In this document: positions 23,761 through 31,066 of the stretch, piece by piece
Numbering within the stretch: position 1 is the first letter of the stretch
Layout of the letters: each line of letters starts with the position of its first letter
Source: an uncultured Gammaproteobacteria bacterium
GTDB lineage: Bacteria > Patescibacteriota > Patescibacteriia > UBA1558 > S5-K13
Direction of reading: 5' to 3'
NCBI GenBank assembly: GCA_964636855.1
Contig: CAZWVD010000002.1
Span: 1-37,922, forward strand
DNA length: 37,922 nt
Made by a program: the position numbers and the translations under genes
Notes under the pieces: generated by a model
What the model was told of the DNA's origin: nothing
The model's input: the letters and a program-made list of their open reading frames with translations, nothing else
Database searches by the model: none

Positions 23761-25028
23761 TAAATGGCTTGGATTTATTTTCAGGCATCGGTGGAATCAC
23801 GCTCGCTCTATCAGAGTGGGTCAAGCCAATCACATACTGTGAAATCGACAGATATGCACAAGCCGTTTTGTTGTCCAGAATGCAAGACGGACTATTGTCA
23901 CGAGCTCCTATCTGGGATGACGTTACAACTCTCGATGGAAAGCAATTCAGAGGACAAATTGATATTATTTACGGCGGCTTCCCGTGCCAGGACATCAGCG
24001 TTGCAGGAAATGGAAAAGGCTTGGCAGGAAACCGAAGCTGGCTTTTTAAAGAGATCATGCGCCTGGCCGAAGAAATCAAGCCCAAGTTCATATTCCTTGA
24101 AAATGTCCCAGCAATTAGGACTAGAGGACTCGAGCACGTGGCCGAATGGCTTGCCTGTTCCGGCTATGATTGCAGATGGGACTTTGTATCCGCTCAAGAA
24201 GTTGGAGCTCCACACATTAGACAACGATGGTTTTGTCTTGCCAACGCCAACGGCAACGGAGGGAGGATACAACCAGGGCGGAGGAAAAGGGCGTGCGGGA
24301 AAGTTGCGACCAAGTCTATCAATGATGGCTCGCAAGAACCTTTGGCCGACTCCGACAATCGCAGGGAATTACAACAAACCAGGGGCCAGCGAAAAATCAG
24401 GGATGGGGTTGGCATCAGCGGTGAAGTTATGGCCAACGCCTCGAGCATCAGAGGCGGGGCGCGAACCATCAAGGGTAGTCGACTGCGGCAACAAGACGAC
24501 GTTATGCGAGAGGATTGGTGGGCAGTTGAACCCAACGTGGGTCGAGTGGTTAATGGGCTATCCCCTGAGTTGGACTTCTTTATCTTTGAAAGTGAGGAAA
24601 ACAATGTTTCCAGTATCGAAACAAACGATTCGCAAGCGATCGCAGAGACTAGTCTCTTTAACAGGGAAGTCTTGCGAAAAATGTGGGAGTTCAAAGAGAT
24701 TGCAGCGTCATCACCCGAGCTATACTTCCGAAAATTGCATGATTCTTTGCCAACCTTGCCACAAAGACCAACACATCTTGGAGAAAACCTGGGGCAGAGG
24801 ATTCAAAAAGGAAGCGAATTGCATAATCTGTGGGAAAAGTTTTATACCGCTTCAGAACAAGCAGAACAAACTATGTGGCAATCCAAATTGCTTAAAAGAG
24901 TCTGGGAGATTAGCTGCGAGGAAACGATGTCAAAATCAAACCGCATAGACCGAATTAAAGGACTGGGCAACGCAGTGGTTCCGGCCCAAACAAAAGAAGC
25001 GTTTAAGAGATTGATAAAGATTACATAG
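23757..25028 (+). CDS. DNA (cytosine-5)-methyltransferase (frame 0) with a 125-codon insertion before motif X
   Basis: Motif I DLFSGIGG, IV GGFPCQDISVAG (23973-24008), VI ENV (24099-24107), VIII IRQRWFCLA, then EPNVGRVVNGLS ... NRIDRIKGLGNAVVP (motif X, 24960-24983). Confidence 0.85.
   Translation: MINGLDLFSGIGGITLALSEWVKPITYCEIDRYAQAVLLSRMQDGLLSRAPIWDDVTTLDGKQFRGQIDIIYGGFPCQDISVAGNGKGLAGNRSWLFKEIMRLAEEIKPKFIFLENVPAIRTRGLEHVAEWLACSGYDCRWDFVSAQEVGAPHIRQRWFCLANANGNGGRIQPGRRKRACGKVATKSINDGSQEPLADSDNRRELQQTRGQRKIRDGVGISGEVMANASSIRGGARTIKGSRLRQQDDVMREDWWAVEPNVGRVVNGLSPELDFFIFESEENNVSSIETNDSQAIAETSLFNREVLRKMWEFKEIAASSPELYFRKLHDSLPTLPQRPTHLGENLGQRIQKGSELHNLWEKFYTASEQAEQTMWQSKLLKRVWEISCEETMSKSNRIDRIKGLGNAVVPAQTKEAFKRLIKIT
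23764..24948 (+). other. 394-codon stop-free ORF in the +1 frame of the MTase gene (WPTP repeats, EWLMGYP motif, HNH)
   Basis: Listed ORF. LPTPTATE (24238-24261), LWPTPT (24340-24357), LWPTPRASE (24427-24453), LNPTWVEWLMGYPLSWT (24526-24576), HNH (24664-24774). Confidence 0.5.
24604..24948 (+). CDS. Nested small HNH endonuclease (114 aa) in the +1 frame inside the MTase gene
   Basis: ATG 24604 lies 5 nt after GAGGA (24594-24598). SCEKCGSSKRLQRHHPSYTSENCMILCQPCHKDQH is a canonical HNH. Second knuckle CIICGKSF...CGNPNC (24820-24891). Confidence 0.65.
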   Translation: MFPVSKQTIRKRSQRLVSLTGKSCEKCGSSKRLQRHHPSYTSENCMILCQPCHKDQHILEKTWGRGFKKEANCIICGKSFIPLQNKQNKLCGNPNCLKESGRLAARKRCQNQTA

Positions 25029-25062
25029 ATATTGCAAAGAACCGAATTAACAACATTAAGGT

Positions 25063-25344
25063 CTAAAGAATGTCCCTATTTATAAATAAAGGAACGTGCT
25101 TTTTTTCCTTTTCTAGCCCGCTTTTAATTAATGACATAACCTTTAAAGATGACATCTGGTATTCGTTAACCCATAGTGAATACAAATTAAGCCCAGTTAA
25201 GTTATTCTTAATAAGCCACCGACAGGCATCCTCTGATCGCCTCATAGAGTTTATATACCATGCAAGCGGTGCTAGCTGAGTATATCCGTCACAGACACGA
25301 AGCAACAAATAGTGTAGGACCTCTGACTTTATTTTGTTTTTCAT
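25063..25344 (-). CDS. Hypothetical protein (93 aa), last gene of the tail/lysis operon
   Basis: Listed ORF, ATGA-coupled to the upstream lipoprotein gene. Confidence 0.6.
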   Translation of the reverse strand: MKNKIKSEVLHYLLLRVCDGYTQLAPLAWYINSMRRSEDACRWLIKNNLTGLNLYSLWVNEYQMSSLKVMSLIKSGLEKEKKHVPLFINRDIL

Positions 25345-26735
25345 AGCCTTGTCGGTTTATTTCCAATCTTCCATTGAATCCTTAAATGCTGTGCTCCGTC
25401 AATTGTTTCTATGCACTTTTTAGGTAAAAGCTCAGACTGCTCACAGATAGCCGCACCTTCGGCCCAGACTTCGGCTGGCTCTGGTTTATTCTCACGTCTT
25501 GCCCTGCTTAAATAAAATCCCTCTTTTTTTGCAAAATTATAAACGACGGCAACAAACGACCCGCCCTTAGACCTTGCACATAGCGGCGTCTTTTGACCAC
25601 GAACACCAAAGAAAGATTGAAGGCCTTTGTCGCTTCTTTCGATTGTTAAATTACATTTGATCGTATAGCGGCTTAGGTGCGCTAGAATTTGCTCCGAACC
25701 CAAATGACCATTGCTAGATAGAAAGTTTAATAGCAAGTCTTTATCGCGCAACGATAGGCCGAAATGCCTTGGATCAACATCGTGATTGAAATTTACTTTG
25801 CCTTGCGCGCTCAACGGATACCCAAGAGATTTTGCCGCAGCGCAAAGTCCACCATAAAAGCCAGGTGACTGATCAACACTAGTTTTAAAATTTAAATCTT
25901 TTTTTCCAAGTGCCATTGAATATAAAATTTCTTGAAGCCCAGACCCAGCTCTTGAGTTCACGTAGGCCCGGTTCATAGGTAACACCAATGCATAAGCACG
26001 CGAGTCATCCACTCCGTTTCCAATTATTGTTTCGCCAGTTGACTCATCCACTTGGTAGGCTTTAATAGAATTCATTGGAAGCTTATGGCCCATTAAAGTA
26101 ACGAGGTACCAATATGTCTTTAACCACTCATCGGCCTTGGAGCGAAGAAGTACGTGATTATGCTTATCAGCATGCCTGCGAACTGCTAAAACTACGCCAA
26201 GATTTAGGGCCTGATATGTACCAGAAAATATCTCGCGCCCTAGAAACCCTACTTCCCGATCCGTTAGTTGTACGTCGAAGTAACCTTCAAGCCACCTTGG
26301 ATCTTTTTCAACAATATATTTAACGGCTCTGCAAGTCAGCGGTATGTTTTCAGACCCTCCGCGAAACATATCTCGTGGTAAGATTGGCCCTGCATGTTGG
26401 TTCACTTTAAACATATCTACTGGCTTACCAGCTAAAGCCTTCCCAAGGGATGCAAAACAAAAGCAATTTCCCTCAGAACACTTTTTATATGGTTCATTAC
26501 CAGACGTGCAATAGCCTGCGTTTTTTGGATAACTCGGATAAATGATTGGTTTAACAGGCGGCTCTTGCGTGAGTGTCGTGGTCGTAGTGGTTGAGACAAG
26601 AGTAGTTGTGGTAGTTGTACTAACCGGCGGCTTGCCAGGGCTTTTACAGCCAAACATTAAGTGGGCCAGCAAGAGCGTCAAAAATACACCAAGGAGAGCC
26701 CGCAACACGTACTTATCGTTTTTGTTTAATTTCAT
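25341..26735 (-). CDS. Large lipoprotein of unknown function with Thr-rich linker (464 aa)
   Basis: Signal/lipobox LLAHLMFGC, then PPVSTTTTTTLVSTTTTTTLTQEPP. The Cys-rich globular body has no motif I recognise. Confidence 0.75.
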   Translation of the reverse strand: MKLNKNDKYVLRALLGVFLTLLLAHLMFGCKSPGKPPVSTTTTTTLVSTTTTTTLTQEPPVKPIIYPSYPKNAGYCTSGNEPYKKCSEGNCFCFASLGKALAGKPVDMFKVNQHAGPILPRDMFRGGSENIPLTCRAVKYIVEKDPRWLEGYFDVQLTDREVGFLGREIFSGTYQALNLGVVLAVRRHADKHNHVLLRSKADEWLKTYWYLVTLMGHKLPMNSIKAYQVDESTGETIIGNGVDDSRAYALVLPMNRAYVNSRAGSGLQEILYSMALGKKDLNFKTSVDQSPGFYGGLCAAAKSLGYPLSAQGKVNFNHDVDPRHFGLSLRDKDLLLNFLSSNGHLGSEQILAHLSRYTIKCNLTIERSDKGLQSFFGVRGQKTPLCARSKGGSFVAVVYNFAKKEGFYLSRARRENKPEPAEVWAEGAAICEQSELLPKKCIETIDGAQHLRIQWKIGNKPTRL

Positions 26736-27024
26736 TTCTACAGTCCTTTAGTTTCTCGCGCATTTCTTTTATATATGCGAGTAAATTTTCGAACCCGTCT
26801 GGATCTGTGCAAATATTTTTATTTAGATCATGAAGAGATTGAATCTCGACAACTTTTGGTTTTGCATCTGGTTTTCGGTTTCCATTGTTGTCGTAGTCTT
26901 TTTTTAAGTTATAACAAAGCTTGTGGTTTGCTTCAGAGTTTACGCCACAAATATCTGTGTCAGGTTTCGGAACACCGCAGGCCGAAAGACTAAAGCTTAT
27001 CAAGAGCGTCGTCGATAGCCGCAT
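26713..27024 (-). CDS. o-spanin-like outer-membrane lipoprotein (103 aa)
   Basis: ATG 27024 lies 5 nt after GGAGGA. MRLSTTLLISFSLSAC lipobox. Its start lies inside the 3' end of the i-spanin gene in another frame (overlapped architecture). Confidence 0.6.
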   Translation of the reverse strand: MRLSTTLLISFSLSACGVPKPDTDICGVNSEANHKLCYNLKKDYDNNGNRKPDAKPKVVEIQSLHDLNKNICTDPDGFENLLAYIKEMREKLKDCRNEIKQKR

Positions 27025-27196
27025 CAATTTCCTCCGCAGTCTTGGCGTCCTTAAGCTTTTGAAGCTGTTTTTTAGCTTCAAGCTTTGCGGCCTTTCTTCG
27101 CTCGTATCGAGCGTACAAGTCCCCAATAAACGTAATGAGTTTCACCCAAAAAAGATCGACGACAATACGAATGATTAGGGACACAAACGCTTGCAT
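26990..27196 (-). CDS. i-spanin-like protein (68 aa)
   Basis: N-terminal TM FVSLIIRIVVDLFWVKLITFIG followed by a charged coiled coil (RRKAAKLEAKKQLQKLKDAKTAEEIDAAIDD). Confidence 0.55.
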   Translation of the reverse strand: MQAFVSLIIRIVVDLFWVKLITFIGDLYARYERRKAAKLEAKKQLQKLKDAKTAEEIDAAIDDALDKL

Positions 27197-27198
27197 GA

Positions 27199-27426
27199 TT
27201 AATCGTGCGGGTTAATTTTTTCTGCTTCTGCCAAAGCCATATTTTGTAATAGCGGCAAGAAAGCTAATACCACATCATCCCATTGTGACGGCGACAACCG
27301 AATTGATGCCTCAGACCATCCGAAGACAGATAAAATAACATGCTTTGCTGCCTCTTCTGTAAGTTCTAAGCCACCGTCTTTTAATCTTTGAACAAGGTCT
27401 TTTAAATCCCACGGTTTTTCCATCAT
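27199..27426 (-). CDS. Hypothetical lysis-cassette protein (75 aa)
   Basis: ATG 27426 preceded by AGGAG. The listed longer ORF (to 27504) would overlap the holin-like gene by 73 nt. Confidence 0.55.
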   Translation of the reverse strand: MMEKPWDLKDLVQRLKDGGLELTEEAAKHVILSVFGWSEASIRLSPSQWDDVVLAFLPLLQNMALAEAEKINPHD

Positions 27427-27431
27427 TTCTC

Positions 27432-27617
27432 CTATCGCGACATGATCGCTATTGTTAAATTTATGAGCACGCTCAATACTATCGAGCCACCTATAATCTT
27501 CCACTTGAAGGCTAGTAAAACATCAACCTTGCTGTCAATGTTGCCTATCCTTTGGTGCAGTTCGTCAAACTTCTTGTCCGTATGTTTTATGAAATACTCT
27601 AATAGCTTTTCACTCAT
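27432..27617 (-). CDS. Holin-like single-TM protein (61 aa)
   Basis: C-terminal TM IIGGSIVLSVLINLTIAIM. ATGA-coupled to the endolysin gene. Confidence 0.5.
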   Translation of the reverse strand: MSEKLLEYFIKHTDKKFDELHQRIGNIDSKVDVLLAFKWKIIGGSIVLSVLINLTIAIMSR

Positions 27618-27970
27618 ACCAACTCCACGTGCGGGTAATCACCCCAAGCTTTACCAAGCCTAATGTCTGTCCCTAGCTTTTCTGCTGCTCTTTCAACAAT
27701 TGCGAGCATCTTTTCAAATCGCTCTATGTCATTCCAATCGACTGGATATGGAACAATGTCCATGGCTCTGGATGGAAACGAATTGTGTTTAGAGTTGGGC
27801 CATTTCTTCTTCGATAAACCTCTCTCAAACGCCTCATTCTGTGAAAACTCGTCTCGATGCCCACAAATCACAGCTATGTCCATTTCTCCAAGTACATCAT
27901 GTGCAATCGCTTGCAGTCTTTCGTCACATGTCTTTAAGTTTTTAAGTGAACGCTTGCTAAACTTATTCAT
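27614..27970 (-). CDS. Endolysin, peptidase M15 (VanY/L-alanyl-D-glutamate peptidase-like)
   Basis: CGHRDEFSQNEAF...NSKHNSFPSRAMDIVPYPVDW...GDYPHVEL matches the Zn-ligand pattern (H...D...H) of M15 phage endolysins. Confidence 0.85.
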   Translation of the reverse strand: MNKFSKRSLKNLKTCDERLQAIAHDVLGEMDIAVICGHRDEFSQNEAFERGLSKKKWPNSKHNSFPSRAMDIVPYPVDWNDIERFEKMLAIVERAAEKLGTDIRLGKAWGDYPHVELV

Positions 27971-29763
27971 TATCTAGGCCCATAACAAAAGAGTGAAAAC
28001 CCTCTGTCGGTTACGTTTGTGCCCGCTGTAGCTGATACGATGTTGATCGTTGCGGCGCTTGTTGAAATACTGCGGATATTATGTGTATTATTCGATGCAG
28101 AGTTATCTCTCATCGAAACCCAGCAGTCTGGATTTGATGCGAATTGTCTCTTGAAATTACAAGTATAGGCACTTGACGCAATTGAACAGTCTCCGTCAAT
28201 CCAGTCAGATCCGCCATTTTCTGTAACAACACCTGCGGATGTAATTGTTGCACTTTCAAGAATCTTTGATGCTTGCGAATCACTAGTAATTGACCCCATC
28301 AAGCTCGGTGCCCTTTGGTTCGCAATCCAGCCTTGAATTGGCACCGACGCCAAAAAGCTCATATTATTCCCGTTAAGGCAGAGATTAGATCCAAGCTCTT
28401 TGCTCATTGAAGAAGTTGCGTTGTCCTTGCCAAAGGTAATATAACCTACAGATGGTTCCGCGAGTGATGTCATATACCCAGAACCAACAACCTGTTTGAT
28501 TAAGATCCCAACAGCCTCAAGTGATGCCATATTTGATGAAGTAGTTATGTTGTTTGGTAGGCTAACCCTAGCCTCTGTGCCTGTACTGGTCCCACATGTA
28601 AATCTACATCTTAAAAGCATATTCTCGTTAAGTCGTGAGTGTCTACAATTAATGTTAGTAACCGTCCCAAAACCAGTAAAAGTCGGAGTATAACTTGTCC
28701 ATCCGTAGTCAGTCTGATCAGCAGACACCGCGCTTTGTGTGCCCCATCCTCGAATTGGAACTTTAAAATCAAAAGTGTAATATTGAGCAGTGCCATTTAA
28801 CGGAAACCCGCCAGAGCCTAAAAATCCTTGCGCACCAAGGGCAGCTGATTCTGCCGCACATCTAACGTATGTTCCATCGTAAACAACAACTTTTCCAAAA
28901 ACCTGATTTGTCCCATTGCCCGCCTGGCATATACCGACTATGTTATTGTTTTGGAATGTAGAGGACCAACCTTCGACAGTGGAGTATGCTGTCACTTTAG
29001 TTGTGTCTATCTGATAACCGGATGGTATAGCCCACAAGTAATCACCCGATCCAGCCGTTGAAGTTCCAGCCGCACTATGGCGAAATTCGATTCGCACATG
29101 CATATCGGTGCCAAGTCTTTGCCACAGCATCCTGTCCACAACAATTGTAGCCGTACCCTTCGAAGGGGCCGTAGTTGTTGCACTGATTTGCATTGTACCC
29201 GCGTCGTTCCATCCTGTGCTTGATGTCGCCTCAAAGACATTATCCGCATATCCTAAATACCCGCCGTCGACATTGATCTTCTCGCTATTGCTTTGCGAGA
29301 CAACCGTGGCAGTTATTGTGCTACCAGCAAGGGCGACAAAGTTTAATTTGTGCTCCTGAAAATCAACCGTGTTTGAAGTAATCGACTGATATGCAAGCGT
29401 TGTAGCGCCTGACATAACAGCCATAATGTCATCTGTCGCGGAGGTCTTGTAAAAGAACTTGGCTAAACCGTTACCAGTTGCAGCTTGTGGAACGATCCAA
29501 CTATTTGTCGAAAGAGTTTGAGCCGCTGCCGTTGGCTCCCATTCAATCGCACGAAGGCCAAGCCTGACATTACCGCTCATTGTTGTAGCAGTAAGTGTAC
29601 CTCCAGTAGCAGACCAATTGGCTGTACCGTTTTCGCCGCCGCCGTTAATTAACTCGTTAGGATAGAGAAGGTACTGCTCATCTTTGTTATCTGGCGGTGT
29701 CTGAAACCCAACTGCAAAAGCAGCAATTAAGCTTATTAAAAAAAATGTAATCAGTTTCTTCAT
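27970..29763 (-). CDS. Tail fibre / receptor-binding-like protein with signal-peptide-like N-terminus (597 aa)
   Basis: MKKLITFFLISLIAAFAVGFQ.., then NGGGENGTANW (carbohydrate-binding-module-like). Beta-rich, S/T/G/N-rich. Last structural gene before the lysis cassette. SD AAGAGG. Confidence 0.6.
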   Translation of the reverse strand: MKKLITFFLISLIAAFAVGFQTPPDNKDEQYLLYPNELINGGGENGTANWSATGGTLTATTMSGNVRLGLRAIEWEPTAAAQTLSTNSWIVPQAATGNGLAKFFYKTSATDDIMAVMSGATTLAYQSITSNTVDFQEHKLNFVALAGSTITATVVSQSNSEKINVDGGYLGYADNVFEATSSTGWNDAGTMQISATTTAPSKGTATIVVDRMLWQRLGTDMHVRIEFRHSAAGTSTAGSGDYLWAIPSGYQIDTTKVTAYSTVEGWSSTFQNNNIVGICQAGNGTNQVFGKVVVYDGTYVRCAAESAALGAQGFLGSGGFPLNGTAQYYTFDFKVPIRGWGTQSAVSADQTDYGWTSYTPTFTGFGTVTNINCRHSRLNENMLLRCRFTCGTSTGTEARVSLPNNITTSSNMASLEAVGILIKQVVGSGYMTSLAEPSVGYITFGKDNATSSMSKELGSNLCLNGNNMSFLASVPIQGWIANQRAPSLMGSITSDSQASKILESATITSAGVVTENGGSDWIDGDCSIASSAYTCNFKRQFASNPDCWVSMRDNSASNNTHNIRSISTSAATINIVSATAGTNVTDRGFSLFCYGPR

Positions 29764-29765
29764 GT

Positions 29766-30635
29766 CTACCTCTTAATTATGTACTTAACCCTTAAAATAT
29801 CGCCCTCAACCAAAGCTCTATCTCCAGTTGAAACGTACTCGCCTGAGAATGTAATTCTTGTGACTCCCGATGCGACTGAAAGCGTATAGTCTTCGCCTTC
29901 CCATAGACGCTCATTTGCATAATACAAAGCTATTGATTCAGGAGCGGCCTCTAAAGATAAGTCTTTATATTGATTTGCAATATCTGTGGAACTCAAAGTT
30001 AAAGATTCTATATTACCCTCTACAAGCTTGTAGAAGTTTAAAGATGTTGATCCTATTGTGTATGGGCCTTCGTTATTTAAAACCCATACACTATGACCGT
30101 TAGTTGTTCCGTTTTCTACATATATAGTCATGCCGTGAACTATGTCGCCGTCCTCATCTAAATCAGTTGATCTAGTCCACGCTCCTGAGTCTGTTACGTA
30201 TAGTCCATTTTGTGACGCTGTTGTTTGGCCAGCCACCAAAACCCTCGTTGATGAAGTTAAGACTCCATCTATTGTCTGCTCTCCAGAAAGAGTAAGATCA
30301 CTTGTAGAAACAACAATTGCTGCGGGAAATGAACCAGTTCCACCAGATCCGACCTCACCCCAAACAGAACCGTCATAAAAGTTTAGCTTGTTAGAGTCTA
30401 GGTTATATATAACAGACCCAGCGCCAGGAGAGCTTATCAAATCTCTTTGTCCAGTTGTCATTCTTGGCGGAAGAAATGTTTTAGTTGTAGAAACAACATC
30501 AAGTATAGCGGTTGTACCAGCTGTGCTTTTATCGCCGATTCTAACCGCTCCGCTGCTTATTAGCCCATCAACACGAGTTTGACTAAGCGCAAGAAATGGA
30601 AGCAAAATTAATAGCCCGATAAATAATCTAATCAT
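29766..30635 (-). CDS. Tail fibre-like protein with signal-peptide-like N-terminus (289 aa)
   Basis: MIRLFIGLLILLPFLALSQ... LDVVSTTKTFLPPRMTTGQRDLISSPGAGSVIYNLDSNKLNFYDGSVW and LSGEQTIDGV...RVLVAGQT...NGLYV...GAWTRSTDLD are motifs I recall from phage/bacterial fibre-like proteins. Confidence 0.6.
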   Translation of the reverse strand: MIRLFIGLLILLPFLALSQTRVDGLISSGAVRIGDKSTAGTTAILDVVSTTKTFLPPRMTTGQRDLISSPGAGSVIYNLDSNKLNFYDGSVWGEVGSGGTGSFPAAIVVSTSDLTLSGEQTIDGVLTSSTRVLVAGQTTASQNGLYVTDSGAWTRSTDLDEDGDIVHGMTIYVENGTTNGHSVWVLNNEGPYTIGSTSLNFYKLVEGNIESLTLSSTDIANQYKDLSLEAAPESIALYYANERLWEGEDYTLSVASGVTRITFSGEYVSTGDRALVEGDILRVKYIIKR

Positions 30636-31066
30636 TACGCCCCCAAAGAAGAGTATCTCCAGTTCATTTTTGAATTAGCTGTGTCATAAGAACCGGACAT
30701 ATTATCAGTAGTATACTTCACTTGTCCGCTAGATGCGTCAATTGTGAAATCAATATTTGCGTTATCAACGTACCATACACGTTGAATTTGCCATGACGTT
30801 CCATTGTACCAAGCAACAAGCTTTCCTACTTCAAACACAGTGGATGTTGCAATCCTCTTAACGTAGTACTCTATAAATGCTACTTTTATAGATGTGTTAT
30901 CTAATAGCAAACTTGCCACATTCGCAGCTGACTGATTATTAGCGATTGCAGATAATGTGTGACCTTCAAATACATCTATTCCGGCTTGTCTAAGAGAGTT
31001 CCACCAACTTGCATCAACTCCGTCAGTCGCTGCGTTTGTTCTTATTGGTATATCAGAAAAGTTCAT
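30635..31066 (-). CDS. Hypothetical tail-tip protein (143 aa)
   Basis: Listed ORF, abutting both neighbours in the tail operon. Confidence 0.7.
   Translation of the reverse strand: MNFSDIPIRTNAATDGVDASWWNSLRQAGIDVFEGHTLSAIANNQSAANVASLLLDNTSIKVAFIEYYVKRIATSTVFEVGKLVAWYNGTSWQIQRVWYVDNANIDFTIDASSGQVKYTTDNMSGSYDTANSKMNWRYSSLGA

Noticed and set aside
23898-24694. Antisense ORFs 23898..24335 and 24194..24694 opposite the methyltransferase
   Set aside because: They have no motifs and low-complexity R/S/P-rich translations. They are kept only as a caveat that this locus is generally depleted in stop codons, which weakens the purely statistical part of the dual-frame argument.
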